In this document: positions 13,631-27,039 of the stretch, one piece after another
Layout: each line of letters begins with the position of its first letter
Position numbering within the stretch: position 1 is the stretch's first letter
NCBI RefSeq assembly: GCF_009914755.1
Contig: NC_060926.1
Reading direction: 5' to 3' (one strand)
DNA from: the human T2T-CHM13v2.0 reference genome, Homo sapiens
Length of the DNA: 64,000 bases
Notes under the pieces: model-generated
The model's input: the letters and a program-made list of their open reading frames with translations, nothing else
Database searches by the model: none
What the model was told of the DNA's origin: nothing
Translations under genes and position numbers: made by a program

Positions 13631-16339
13631 GCTATCACTCACTTTATAGATAAAGTTCAGAGTTCAAACAAGTTATGTAACTTACTCAAGGTCACCCTAT
13701 TTGTAAGAAACAACAGCATCTGTCCTCAATGCCTTCCTTTAGAACTGAAGGCACTTAAAAATATTTTCTACTTTTACCTCTTTAAAAAGAGGTAGGTTTA
13801 AAAACCTGCCTTCTGTTCTTTCTCCCCATTCAGTGACTTCAAGGTATGCATGCCCCTGTCTGATGTGAAGATGTCACTGGCGACTGCCTATTACATAAAA
13901 CCTTCTCAAATATGTTCCTATAAAAAATATTATTCCAGAGAGCACATGGTTGATCCAAACGGGCTAATCTCTAATGCTGGAATTCTAGGTTTCTTTGTTC
14001 CTGAAATTGGTCAAGTCTTTTCCCCCCAATATCCATAACCATAATATGCAGTTTGTCACTCAGGGAACTCCACACAGGCACCTATCACAGTTTCCTGGTA
14101 ATAAAAATTAAGAATATAGTTGCTCCCATCTTGGGTTGGTTTCAAGTACATCAATAGAACAACTTATAGAACTGTCATATTTTAGAGAAAATTGCAGAAA
14201 GCAGTGTTTCCAGTCATTTGCTAACTGAGCTAGAAATTATAATGGCATGCCAAATTAGACTGAGCTGTAAAAGGAAGATATTCACATTACTCTTCTCTGC
14301 CCTCACAGTATGCATAAGACACTGAGAGGCCTGCAATTCTTATTCTCTTAACTAAACGTTTTTCAAGTCTTCCCCATTCTGGGTGTTGTATTTTGCTCCA
14401 TTTATTTTGCCTTGCATCCAGTCACCTTGCAGCTGTAATAACTTGTTGGCTCTCTAGGGAAAGTGGGGTTGGAGTCCTTTCTGGTCACCGGATGGTTGAA
14501 GGATGTGCACGGCTGAACTGTTTACCCACACCTCATCCCTCCTCCTGTTCTATTTTTGAGAACTGTGTGTTTCATAATTTTAATAAAAATAGAGATCACA
14601 CTGTTTATTTGGCAGAGGCGATGAGAATAGGGCATGCTTTGCTGGATTTTTTTTTTTTCTTGAAATTTTCCTTCTCACACTGCTGCCCGGTCTAAGGTGA
14701 GAAGTGGCTGTTTCTATGTCTTACTGTCTTAGGTGTCCCTCTGCCTGCTGTCACATAAGCTGTTTCTGGCAGCTCTGCCTGTGACCAATTCTGCTGTCTC
14801 CTGCTGGGAGGCTGACACCTAACTGGACCCTTTGTTTTCCAGAGTGGAAAGAACCTGGTTTATGCAGGCAAGAAGATAGTATCCTGAGAATGAAAAGTTA
14901 GATACTGTCTTTGAGCCATGTGAAGTGCAAAAAGACACAAACAGTGAACAGCTCGTTAAATTAGGAAATCTAAAACACAGGCCTCAAATGAGAAGCATTT
15001 GTGTCCCCAAATCTCAACTCCTATGCTCAGGAGTTTCACTGAAGATTTACTGTAGAGGCAATGTAGAGGGGCCCTGGGAGTTTAACAATGAATATAATGT
15101 AGCCCCACCCTGGAAACAGACAGTCTAAGGGGGAGCTGAAGACTTTGTACAATAGATTTTAAATTCAGAATTTATTGTATTTTATTAATTAGTTTTGGGG
15201 TCTAGTTATTCCACGTTAACCTGTAAAAGTTGCCTTGAACTATAAAGAGGTTAAATAAACAACTAAGAGGAGTAACATAAAATCTGTATTCTGGCAGCAA
15301 TGGAAATGTGGAAGAAGGTAATCACATTTTCTTTTCCTGACCTCCAGACCAAGAAGTAAGATTTAAAAATGGCTTGTTTCAGCACACACAGCCCCGTTTT
15401 CATTTTCACCTATCTCTGGCCTTCTTATGCCAATACCTCGTGCCCAGATACTCCTATTTGGAGAACAAGAGCAGCAGCTTAATCAGATAAAAGTAATATT
15501 TTTCTTCTTCTTTCTAGCAAAACTTAGATTCTCATAGAGCAGAGTCTCTCAGCTGTGTATTAGGGAAGAAATCAACTGATTAAGCTAAATTATTCTATAG
15601 TGTGAATGACTGATAGAATTTTTGTTCTAGAAACATTAGTGTTTTAAATATAAGCCTTCCTTTAACTATTTACCTTAATGATTTGTGTTTGGTGCAACTT
15701 ACTTCTTTAGAAGGACACATATTCTCAAGGACTCCTAAAAACACATCTTTGCACCCTCCAGGGTAGGAGAATAATGGATGGAGAAACATTGCTCTGCCTC
15801 AGTGATTTTCGAGAAGCGAGAGAAAGGTGTCTGCCCAGATGGTGAGGCATTTTGAAATGGAGCCATGGTGTATTTTGAAAAGAATTACAGCAATACTGAA
15901 GTGTAACATCGTGTGTAGAAAATGAAGCACAGATATCCACAATTCTACGATCCAGATTCTCTAAAGTAAAATTTTACTTTAAAAAGTCATTGTGAATATG
16001 TAAAAAATACAGAAATTATCAGGTAGAAAAATGTCTCATTAGGAGCTCATCCAGAACCTCCAGGTGTTTTAATCGTATTAAAAGTAATATAAACCAGTAT
16101 TGAGCACTGATCTGGTTACTGGTAATTTAGTTCATATCAAAGTGAAGTAAAGCAAATAAGCAAAACAACCAAAGCAGTGTGGTGTTCTGGTCAAAAAAGC
16201 CACCTGGGCCAGCGCTGGCTGGGCCTCTGGAAAATTGGGAATCCATGGGCTCTCCATCATTGTATAGCTGCTGCCCTCAACCATTCTAATCACACAATTG
16301 GAACAATCCCGACCCCTCCCCTGGTGTCCACGGTGCTTA

Positions 16340-16870
16340 TTCCGCAGCATATTGAGCCTCTCTGTGCCAGACACGGTTTTAGGAACTGGGGATACATCCT
16401 CCTCTCTCTCATGGGGTTCACATTTGAACCACAGGAGACAGACAAAAAGGAGTGTCAGATGCTGATACGCATTGGGAAGAAAACTTAAGAAACAGTGATG
16501 TCATAGAAAATGACTGGGGTAGGGTAGGGGATTATTTTATTTGGCTGGTGGTTGGAGAACTCTGAAGAGGTAACATCTGAGCCCAGGTTAAATGACAAGT
16601 TTCCAGCCTTGCAAATATCAGAAGAAAGAGCATTCCTGGCAGAGAGAACATCAAGTGCAAAACCATGGGGGCAGGAATGAGTTTAGCCTGTTTTAGAAAC
16701 GGAGAGAAAGCCAGTGTGAACCTTGGAGTGTGACCCTGGAGAGACAGGCAAAACGTGGAAGCCATAGAGCTTCCTAATCCCTGGTTGGGAAACTCATTTT
16801 ACTTCCAAATGCATTGGAAAGCCCTGGAGAATTTTGAGCAGGGAGGTAAGAACAGTTTATCATTTTTAAG
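16340..16870 (-). mobile_element. L2a fragment
   Basis: 'tattgagcctctctgtgccagacac..actggggatac', 'agagcattcctggcagagagaacatcaagtgcaaa', 'ggaaagccctggagaattttgagcaggg'. Confidence 0.85.
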
Positions 16871-17764
16871 TATACCTTTTATAATAAGTTAAATGCTAAT
16901 AAACCAATGACTGCTTGAATATTATTTGGATTCCTTGAGAGAACACATGGCTAAAGAACAGACCTGTCTTGCTGCTCTCTAAAGCAATGAAGCTGATGGA
17001 AAACTCAGCTTTGCTGTTCAGCACACCGTCACCATGCCACCCTTTACGTGCCTTGAGCCAATGTGTGTATGTGCCTCTAAGACTTCTGAGACCAAAACCT
17101 CTCTTTCTGCCTACTTAGCATGCACACCACAATTCCTCTGAAGTGTCTGGGGGCTACCCGCTTTGCTGTGATCTTCTTTTAGTGTATTTTAATGGATTTT
17201 AGAAGAGTGTTAAATCTCTGCTTTGTAAAGCCTTATTCCTATCCTCAAATTATCTAAATTCATTACCTTCTTGCTATAATAGTTTAATTGAGTATAGGAT
17301 ACAAAGCTAATTTATTTCACATTTTTGCTTTTAATAGTTTTCACTTTTCTTATTGAAAAAGTAATTACTGAATTCCAATACAATAACTGGAAATGACTTT
17401 TCTAATAACACATATTATCATGTCATCATCAGAAGAAAATTCTTTGAAGTACCCTCAAGGTAGAAAGCCCTCCATATGTGTTTTCTATGTTCATATATAC
17501 ATATATGAGTGCATTTTAATGATGTGCTGATATTCTATTATTTTGCATGTACTATAATTAAATTGAACTATATAAAAAATGACTTTTTAGATCATAGATA
17601 ATCAAATACTTGTTTATGGTTCAATCTAATGTAACAATTTTCCTACATTTTAATATTTTGTTTTTAATTTTTAATATCGAGAAATGCCATTTATACTCAT
17701 CCTATGTTTATCTAAATATATGTATATAAATTATACTTGCACACTAGCCTAGTAATTTCTTTAG

Positions 17765-18085
<321 letters not shown>

Positions 18086-18883
18086 TAGTATTATAAGTAG
18101 TAATACTGGATATGATTGTTTTAATTTTGGCCGATCTTTTAGGTAGAGAAAAAAAGTTTACTTTCGTGTGCATTTCCTTGACTTACCAATTAAAGCACTT
18201 GAGCATTTTTTATAATATTTTTCCACCACACCTGTCCCTTCAATCTTTTTTAACGGCATCCTCTCACATGCTGCCATTAATTCATGTACTGTGTTTAGCA
18301 AGCAAAGCATTTTCAGGTGGGGGTCATTCCTGAGGATAATAAAGTGGATGAAGTAGGTTCCATGGGATGATGATATCAACTCCAAGGGTTAAAAAGGTTC
18401 ACCATTATATCTTTGGAAAATTAGCTTGCAGTTTGAGATTTGCTAAAAGCCAGCCCACAAGATGAACTTCACCAGGCTCTTGTCTAAATGCCCATCAGAG
18501 ACATTCTGGAAATACTGTTTACTGGGTTAAGGCGTTAAGACATCTGGGTTAAGCGCCATCACTGGGATAGTTTTTCTGAAAAACCCAAAAACATTTATGA
18601 TCTTCTATACAAAAGCAAAAACTTAACAAATACATGCTCTCTTACCAGAGTAACAGGGGAATATATTTTATGCCTGACTAGAGCTTTGCAAGGTTAAATA
18701 GGGAAGAAAGATAAAGAAAAAGAACAAGAACTATTTCCCGAGCAATATGAGAAAACGCTGGCATGTTGGAGTTTAGTCCCATGAACTCATTCACAGATGG
18801 GGCCCTCTGTCCCTCTCTCATAATCAAGAAAGTGATCAGGAATGGAGAATAAATGATTGATTCTAGAACTGTGGAGGAGTTCA

Positions 18884-19012
18884 CTTCTCAGAATGCGGTT
18901 TCTGAGCCAGTAGCATGGCGTCAAGATACACCCCAGGCCTGCTAATTCAGAATCTGCATTTTAACAAGATCCCCAGGGATTCACATGCACCTTAGAGTGT
19001 GACAAGCCCTGA
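18884..19012. mobile_element. MER5-family (hAT-Charlie) DNA transposon
   Basis: 'ccccaggcctgctaattcagaatctgcattttaacaagatccccagggattcacatgcac'. Confidence 0.8.
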
Positions 19013-19865
19013 TTTAGAAGATACTATTTGCAGAGCCTGAAGTACGTGAGGTATGGAAAGAGAGACGACAGAAAAAGAAATCACCAAGTTTCAGCCTTCT
19101 GATAAATAAATACATTGATTAATAATATGGTACACAAAGGGATGGAGATGGGAAGTTAAATAATGACCCAAGGCAGTGTGATATACAACACATGAGTGTG
19201 CAGTCCCAATTCCTTGTGACACAGAGCACCAGAGAAGAATAAATTCCAGTGAGTCGGATTAGTTTGTCTTTGATCCATTCAGAAATGTTAAATTAATGTT
19301 CTTGACATTATGAAATAAAACAACACATCTCAAGTGCTTACAATGATGTTTAGCACATGGTGTGCAGACAACCAACTTTAGCTAGTGTTATGGCTGTTAT
19401 TATTGTCAGCATCTTTGTCCTTTGTCAAGTAATTGGACTACTAAAGGAAACAGTACATATTAGAGAAGAATATTGTGCTAATAAGTGTGAGGTATGATTA
19501 TATAAGGCCACCTTAATTACTGCAAGAAAAGGAAGAGAAAAAGTTGTCACTTTAAAAAGCTCAGCAACAGAATATCCCGCATCAGCACTTAGTGGATATG
19601 CTTGCCATTAAAGCCATGGTGTGGAATTCCTGATTACTCAGCTTTTGCAAATTGAAAGAATAATAAATAGCACAAAAAGGAAAATGGTTACTTCTTCTAA
19701 GATGTATAGAAACAAACATCTAATTTTCATGTTATGCTTGTTTAATTAGGTAATTTACTGTAACATATATTTATCAGACAAGAGTACAGATAAGATGAGG
19801 CTCTTTTTCCCTTTATATCATATTATGAGTATTAATTTATACTGCACAAAGGACTTACTGATTCT

Positions 19866-20319
19866 TTTCATGCGCGTCCGTGTGAAGAGGCCACCAAACA
19901 GGCTTTGTGTGAGCAACATGGCTGTGTATTTCACCTGGGTGCAGGCGGGCTGAGTCCGAAAAGAGAGTCCGCAAAGGGAGATAAGGGTGGGGCCGTTTTA
20001 TAGGATTTGGGTAGGTAAAGGAAAATTACAGTCAAAGGGGGTTTGTTCTCTGGCGGGCAGGAGTGGGGGTTCGCAAGGTGCTCAGTGGGGGTGCTTTTTG
20101 AGCCAGGATGAGCCAGGAAAAGAACTTTCACAAGGTAATGTCATCAGTTAAGGCAAGGACCGGCCATTTATACTTCTTTTGTGGTGGAATGTCATCAGTT
20201 AAGGTGGGGCAGGGCGTATTCACTTCTTTTGTGATTCTTCAGTTACTTCAGGCCATCTGGGCGAATACGTGCAGGTCACAGGGGATGCGATGGCTTGGCT
20301 TGGGCTCAGAGGCCTGACA
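19866..20319 (-). mobile_element. Solo LTR7 (HERV-H LTR)
   Basis: Minus strand begins tgtcaggcctctgagcccaagccaagcc and ends ..cacacggacgcgcatgaaa; 5-bp TSD attct at 19861-19865 and 20320-20324; duplicated 'tgtcatcagttaagg' blocks. Confidence 0.97.
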
Positions 20320-21857
20320 ATTCTCACATAATGATGTTGGTGATTGAGATTTACAGGCAAAAGACAAAAGTGTGACTATAGAATATAAGAAAAAAAAGAA
20401 GGGGAGAAAGTATATATTTCAGAAGAATGAAGTGTAACACTAAGAGACATAAAACCACTATTCTGGTATAAAATATAGTAGCCAATTCCATATTCTGGGA
20501 GTAAAGAAATAAATTCAAATGTTAGGTCATACCAAACAGCAAAGAAGGCTTGTACATGTGACCTACCCTTTCTGGGACTTATTTTCTCCATTTCTGAATA
20601 GAGAAGCCAGGATCAAATACAGATCACCTGAGAAACAGTGGAGAAGCTCAATATTGCCATGTTTTGTTTCAGGCATAGGCTTTGGAGTCAGGTCAACTTT
20701 CATCTGCTTTGCCCACTGAACTAGCGCTGTAGACTTGATCAAATTAACTTATTTGCATATTAATAAACAAATGAATGCTGGAATGAGTAGAGGAAATAGT
20801 GCTTTGATTAATTTCTAGAAATCTGCCTGTCTCACTCAGGAGCTGCTGCGTGTGGAAAATGAAGAGAGGAAGTAAGCGTAGTGTTGAGTTTTCCCAATTT
20901 GTCGCTCTTCTGAAGCTCTCTTTTTCACTTTTCGCTTGGGCTTTCACGTAAAAGTTGGTTTGAAAATAAGTTTTCTCTGGAAAAAAAAAATCTTATGTAA
21001 GAAGTCTTCAACCTTCTTAAACATGACAGCCATCCACCTTTATTGGGGAGAGGTAGGTGACTGTAGATTGCTGAATAGACACTGTGGCTTGTGTTAATGA
21101 CTCATGAACATAGTTAACAGGGAACAAAAAGGACAGTGAGTATTTAAGTGGAAGAAAACATCAGAAACTTGCTACTCCATTCCAATATATATAGGAGGTG
21201 GGCATATTTAATGGAAAATGCAAACACGTTTAGCATTATGACTATGATTTAGAATGTTAGGAAACAATTTCTCTGATAAAATGCTATATATCTGTATATT
21301 CTAAATAGTTGTATCACTGAATCAGCCTTCGCACTTTTCTTCTAGCATTTGATGGCACCCAACCACGTCTTCAAGTTGTTATGCCTGTTTTCATTTCTTT
21401 ATGAGACATGAATGTTGGCAAAAGAAATTGACAATTTTAAATTGACATAGCCTGTTTCCTTGGAATTTTAGAAAATTTTAACCTGTATTGCGAATTGAGA
21501 TTTATCTTTGGCTTATATGTTTTTTATCATAGCCTATGAAATAAAATCTATTATTATTAATATTATGAATAAATAAACAGAAAATCTTTAAGATAGTGCA
21601 TCGGTGTGGGAATATAACGCATGGAGCACCATTTGAACTTGATGAATATTAGCAAGTAACACAAAGGTTCATAATGGCTGATAATGCAGGTGGTAAAATG
21701 ACTCATTTTATGTTATACATAAGGCACCCCTCTGAAGTATACCCACTTTGGAAAGATACACACAATCGAATTAGCTAAGAAACCTCCAAATATCTTTCTA
21801 GGATTTTTCATCTCTAGAAAAAGTCAGATATTCCTAAGAGGGAAATAAGTAGAACTA

Positions 21858-22376
21858 TTCTACAAAAAATAGTTAACACAGCAGGCCTGAGTCGGATATC
21901 TTCAAGCCTGCTTGCAAGGTTGGCCCTTGGCTGCCATCTGGGAACATGTATTTTGAGATAGTCCTCATTTTTCTCTGATAAGAATGCCTCATTGCACCTA
22001 AACTGTTTACACAAACAATATTGTTTAGGCTGAATACCTACTTTCCTCTAGGTATCTAGAATTTTGGTAGTCAAAGTTGGGTGGCAGGGGTGCCTATGTG
22101 ACCAGCCACCAATAAAACACCTGAGCTCTCAGCTCTAATGAGCTTCCCTAGTAGACAATATTGTATTCATGTCAGAAATATTTCTGGAACAATTAAGTGT
22201 GTCATATGCGACCCCACTGGGAGAGGATTCTTAGAAGCTTGTACCTATTTTCTTTGGACTTCATTCCATGTGACTTCTCCCCTTGCTGATTTTGCTTTTC
22301 ATCCTTTCACTGTAATAACTCATAGCCATGAACAGGACTATCAAACTTGGGCTTGGTCTTGTGGACCACCAAGGCA
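21858..22376 (+). mobile_element. MER21 (A/B-like) LTR
   Basis: 'agttaacacagcaggcctgag..gcctgcttgcaaggttggcccttggctg..ggtgcctatgtgaccagccaccaataaaac..ccactgggagagga..ccttgctgattttgct'. Confidence 0.85.
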
Positions 22377-22384
22377 ACTGTATT

Positions 22385-22386
<2 letters not shown>

Positions 22387-22420
<34 letters not shown>
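22387..22420. repeat. (TG)n microsatellite
   Basis: About 17 uninterrupted TG units. Confidence 0.95.
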
Positions 22421-22423
<3 letters not shown>

Positions 22424-22523
22424 CTATTAATATCGTTGTTTATTTGATGCTCATATTTTCCCAGTTTTATCAGTAGAAGCCCCTCCAAGGCAGTTCCCAT
22501 ATCCTTTTGACAGATTCCCTTAC

Positions 22524-22884
22524 TTTTTTTATGTTATTTGATTTTTTAAAATTATACTTTAAGTTCTGGGATACATGTGCAGAACGTGAAGCCTTGTCAC
22601 ATAGGTACACACGTGCCATGGTGGTTCACTGCACCCATCAACCTGTCATCTACATTAGGTATTTCTCCTAATGCTATCCCTCCTCTAGTCCCCCACCCCC
22701 AGACAAGCCCCAGTGCGTGATGTTCCCCTCCCTGTGTCCATGTGTTCTCATTGTTCAACTCCCACTTATGAGTGAGGACATGTGGTGTTTGGTTTTCTGT
22801 TCTCGTGTTAGTTTGCTGAGAATGATGGTTTCCAGTTACATCCATGTCTCTGCAAAGGACATGAACTCATCCTTTTTTATGGCT
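22524..22884 (-). mobile_element. L1PA (L1PA7/8-like) 3' UTR, 5'-truncated
   Basis: 'ttatactttaagttctgggatacatgtgcagaacgtg..tcccacttatgagtgag..gcaaaggacatgaactcatccttttttatggctg'. Confidence 0.93.
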
Positions 22885-24608
22885 GTTTTTAAAATGTTCA
22901 CCTAAAAAACAGATATTAATCAATTGCCCACTGTGTATCAGACAGTGTTCTGGTTACTGGGGATACAGCAGTGTTTAAAACAGAAAATTCCTCTGCCAAA
23001 ACTAGAAGATGTCATAGTTAGTCTTAATAGAATGCTATAATGTCCTAAATATTGTTTAGGCTCAAAGCGCCTACTTTGGCCATCGGCAAATTAGAATTAT
23101 ATCAGCAAATTAACAAGATATCCCCTAAAATACCCTTGATGCACGCGGAGACTTCCTCTATCCATTTCTTATACCATGTTGACCCCCTCATTCTCCCTCC
23201 CCTTGGTGCCAATTTATTATGACCACACTATGTAATGTTGCATGAATTGTTTTGTAATTACTCTCTAGTGCTTCAAGTGGGTATATTTCATCTTCCCAGT
23301 AAGTAGAGAGCAAATACAATACCTCTTTTATGGGTTATTTTCATCCTAAGGTTGCTCAGTCTGGTGTCCTGCAGACAAAGTGTGCTTTCAAACATTTGAT
23401 AATTTTTTAATGTATCCAATGCTCTGAAACTATTGCTGCATTTCTGTCTTTGAGCATGACTTTTTTTTACCTGATAGCCACAACAAGTTCATATTATGTT
23501 TTACTTTTGGATTTTCCCAAAAGAGCTATGACTAGAGGATAGCATTTCCACCTGGGGCTTTGTCTGACTTGTCCATGACTGGTAATTACAGTTTTGGTCT
23601 AGATGTGACTTTTGGTCCAGTCCCTGAGCCTCCAGCAAACCATACATCTTCGATAAGCCATGATGCTTAGAGAACTCATTGTTTCAATCACACAGCCATG
23701 AAAGAGAACCACCGACATTTGTCTCAAATGAAAATGGAGCCAAAGTTCATAGGCAAAGTCACTCTCCCACAGATTTCACAGAACTTAGAGATTCAGAGAA
23801 AGCGAGGGTGTTCCGTTCCATTGTTTTTGCTTGTTTATATTTTCCATTGATCCAAAAATAATTTTAGCCTGAGAAGACAAGGGAGATCAGTGAGTGGCAG
23901 AGACATTTTGGGGGTGACGTTCTGGCAAGGGAATTCAGACTTTGAGAAGCTCATCAAAATGATTTGGGAAAGTTTTGTACCCAAATTAACAGGCAAAGTG
24001 TGTCTTTGTCAATAATAGGATAATCTATTTTTCTACTAATCAATACTTGAGCAAAAATTATGATTTCAAGTACTACCTTATTGTTCCAGCAATTCTATGC
24101 CATTGGTTGAGAAATGAGATGCATCCATTTTAGAGTTGCTCCTACAGAACAATCAGTGCTTTCCTGGGTTATATTTATAAACGCATTCTCAGTTCTGTGT
24201 CAAAAATACAGTTTTACATTATTTTTTCATTCGCGTTATTAAACATTATTTAACCTCAGAATGATGAAATGGATTAATAATATGTCAAGGAATGATAGTG
24301 TAAGCTCTCAGTACATTGCGTGAGGCACATATCACTATTAATAATCTAGAATTGTATGGCAGTCATTAATACTTTTGTTTTAATCCTGTGATGCTGTCAG
24401 ATTATTTTGTATACCATTTGTCTTTTACTTTCAGGGTCATGACTTGAAATTTTTTAAACTTATTCTTTACGGTATATTCAGGTATTTAAAAGTTCAGTAG
24501 AAATGGGATGGAACCGTTAAAATGTAGAGCTTTCCTCTCTTGGATAAGGAGACCTTTTTCCAGAATTCTAAGTGAACTGCTATGGCATGATGAAGACTAG
24601 CACTCTCA

Positions 24609-24898
24609 GGCCAGGTGCAGTGGCTCACGCCTGCAATCCCAGCACTTTGGGAGGCTGAGGTGGAGAGTTTGAGACCAACCTAGCCAACATGGTGAAACCC
24701 CACCTCTACTAAAAATTAAAAAAAAAAAAATTAGCCTGGCATGGTGGCAGGCATCTGTAATCCCAGCCATTTGGGAGGCTGAGGCAGGAGAATCGCTTGA
24801 ACCTGGGAGGTGGAGGTTTCAGTGAGCCGAGATTGTGCCATTGCACTCCAGCCTGGGCAACAAGAGTGAAACGTCATCTCTGGGGAAAAAAAAAAAAA
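24609..24898 (+). mobile_element. AluSq/Sp-like with internal deletion in the left arm
   Basis: 'gggcaacaagagtgaaac'; the 'gatcacctgaggtcag' segment is missing; TSD aagactagcactctca / aaggctagtgctctca. Confidence 0.95.
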
Positions 24899-24976
24899 GG
24901 CTAGTGCTCTCAATGTGCTGAGTCTTTTGTCCCTGACTTAATCTAAGTATAGTGCACCGTTCTCAATTCATAAGCA

Positions 24977-26033
24977 CAGTTGACCCTTGAACAACAGAGT
25001 TTTGAACTATGTGGGCCCACCTATACGCAGATTTTTTTTCAATAAATATATTTTTAAATGTTTAGAGATTTGTGACAATTTGAAAAAACTCACTGATGAA
25101 CCACATAGCCTAGAAATATCAAAAAATAGGAAGAAGTTAGGTATGTCATGAATGCATAAAATGTATGTAGATACTAGTCTATTTTATCATTTACTAATTA
25201 CCATAAAATATACACGAATCTATTATAACAAGTTAAAAATTATCAAAACTCATGGACACACACTTACAGACCATGCATGGAACCATTAACAGTAGAGAGA
25301 AATGTAAACAAACAGGAAGATGTAATACTAAATCATAACTGCATACAATTAAGTAGTATGTAACTGTACTACTATAGTAATTTTGTAGCCACCTCCAGTT
25401 GCTATTATGGTGAGTTCAAGTGTTCCTACTGTCCACTTAAAACTCTGTGTGATGCTAATCACCTCCTCCTGAGCAGTTTGTCTCTCCAGTAAATTGCCTA
25501 GTACAGTAAAAAGCGATCTCTCACGATTCTCACTTAATTTTCACTGTATTTAGTGCAATACAGTAAAGCTTGAATAACACCATGAGACCCATGCAAAGTG
25601 CCACTAGTGATGCTGGAAGTGCTCCCAAGAAGCAGAGAAACGTCATGACATTACAAGAAAGAGTTGAATTTCTTGGTATGGACTGTAGATTGAGGTCTGC
25701 AGATGGAGTTGCCACCATTTCAGACAGACAATTCATTTTGTAAACAATGTCAACTTATGGTATCAATAAATACAGTACTGTACTGTAAGTCTATTTTTTC
25801 TTCCTTATGATTTTAACATTTTCTTTTCCCTTGCTTACTTTATTGTAATAATATAGTATATAATATATATATAACATACAAAATATGTGTTAGTCAACTG
25901 TTGATGTTACTGGTAAGGCTTTTGGTCAACAGTATGCTATTAATATTTAAGTTTTTAGGAAGTTAAAAGTTATATTCAGATTTTTGACTGTGCAGGAAGG
26001 GCTGGTTCCCCTAACTTCCATGTTATTTAGCTG
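24977..26033 (+). mobile_element. Tigger2-family (Tigger2b-like) TcMar DNA transposon, internally deleted
   Basis: TIR 'cagttgacccttgaacaac'; relic transposase N-terminus (SATSDAGSAPKKQRNVMTLQERVE) near 25590-25720; about 1.06 kb. Confidence 0.9.
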
Positions 26034-26749
26034 TATAGCATTATATGCTTACTGTACATATTTTGTATACTTACCCCAATAGGAGCATTTTGCATGTTCC
26101 TTTTAGGAAAGTTGTGTTGACTCATAACCATAAATGGCTGTTTCCTATGTGCAAGTGATAGATTCTCTTGTGACTATTTCTAACATGGCAGTTCAACCAA
26201 TCTGACTTTAGGTCCAGTGTTTTGGCCAGCTAAAAACAATGCCTGTTTAAATGTGTAACTGAAGGACCAGAGTCTCTGTGAAGTCACCTTCTAAAAATTA
26301 ACCCCTTCTCTTGGCTGAAAATTGTAATGGAGACAGAAATAGGTAGAGGCTTAGGTGGTTTGATCATAGAACTCTACTTGAAGAGCTACATAGCTCAACA
26401 GTCTAGATACCTAAGAGGATAAAAGAGAATGAGAAACAAAAAGCAAGTCAAGATTAGTTTTCTATGACCTCACCATGCCCACAAGAATACCAAACTGGCA
26501 ACAGAACCCAGAGCTTTCCCTGTTTTACAGTTAATTTTAACTTTCAAGATTAATGTAAATCTAGGTAGCCAAGAGTCTCCATCCTATGTCCAGAGGAACC
26601 AAGACCAGAAAGCTGTTTCAGAGTTGAATATCTGATATTTAGTGATGAGGTTGTCCTTGCTTGAGTGCTGGACCTTAGTTATCCCTAAGTTTCTTGTGAG
26701 GCGTGTGATGTATTGACAAGAACTTAAAGATTTGCTCATCAGGGTTTCT

Positions 26750-26880
26750 AGGTCTAAATATGAGTTCTACCGTTTACTCCCTGGGTGATCTTGGGCAAGG
26801 TGCTGAACTACTGTAAGCCTCAATTCTACTTTTTAAATGACAGTCAGCATTACCAGATAACGTTGGAGCATTAACAAGAA
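26750..26880 (+). mobile_element. MIR
   Basis: 'tgggtgatcttgggcaaggtgctgaactactgtaagcctcaattc..aaatg'. Confidence 0.75.
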
Positions 26881-27039
26881 TATCTGTGTCAAAAAGTAAG
26901 GAAGTAGTCAATAAATAAGTAAATAGGTGAGGATAATAGTATGGCAAAGGGGCACCAGAATTTCTCAACAACCAAAGTTTGAACAACTAGAGCAGCAAAA
27001 TAAATAACACAGTTCTAGATTATAATCTGAAGTATAAAT

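Noticed and set aside
25581-25725. Transposase/CENP-B-like reading frame
   Set aside because: It is a short N-terminal relic within an internally deleted Tigger2 element, not a domesticated gene
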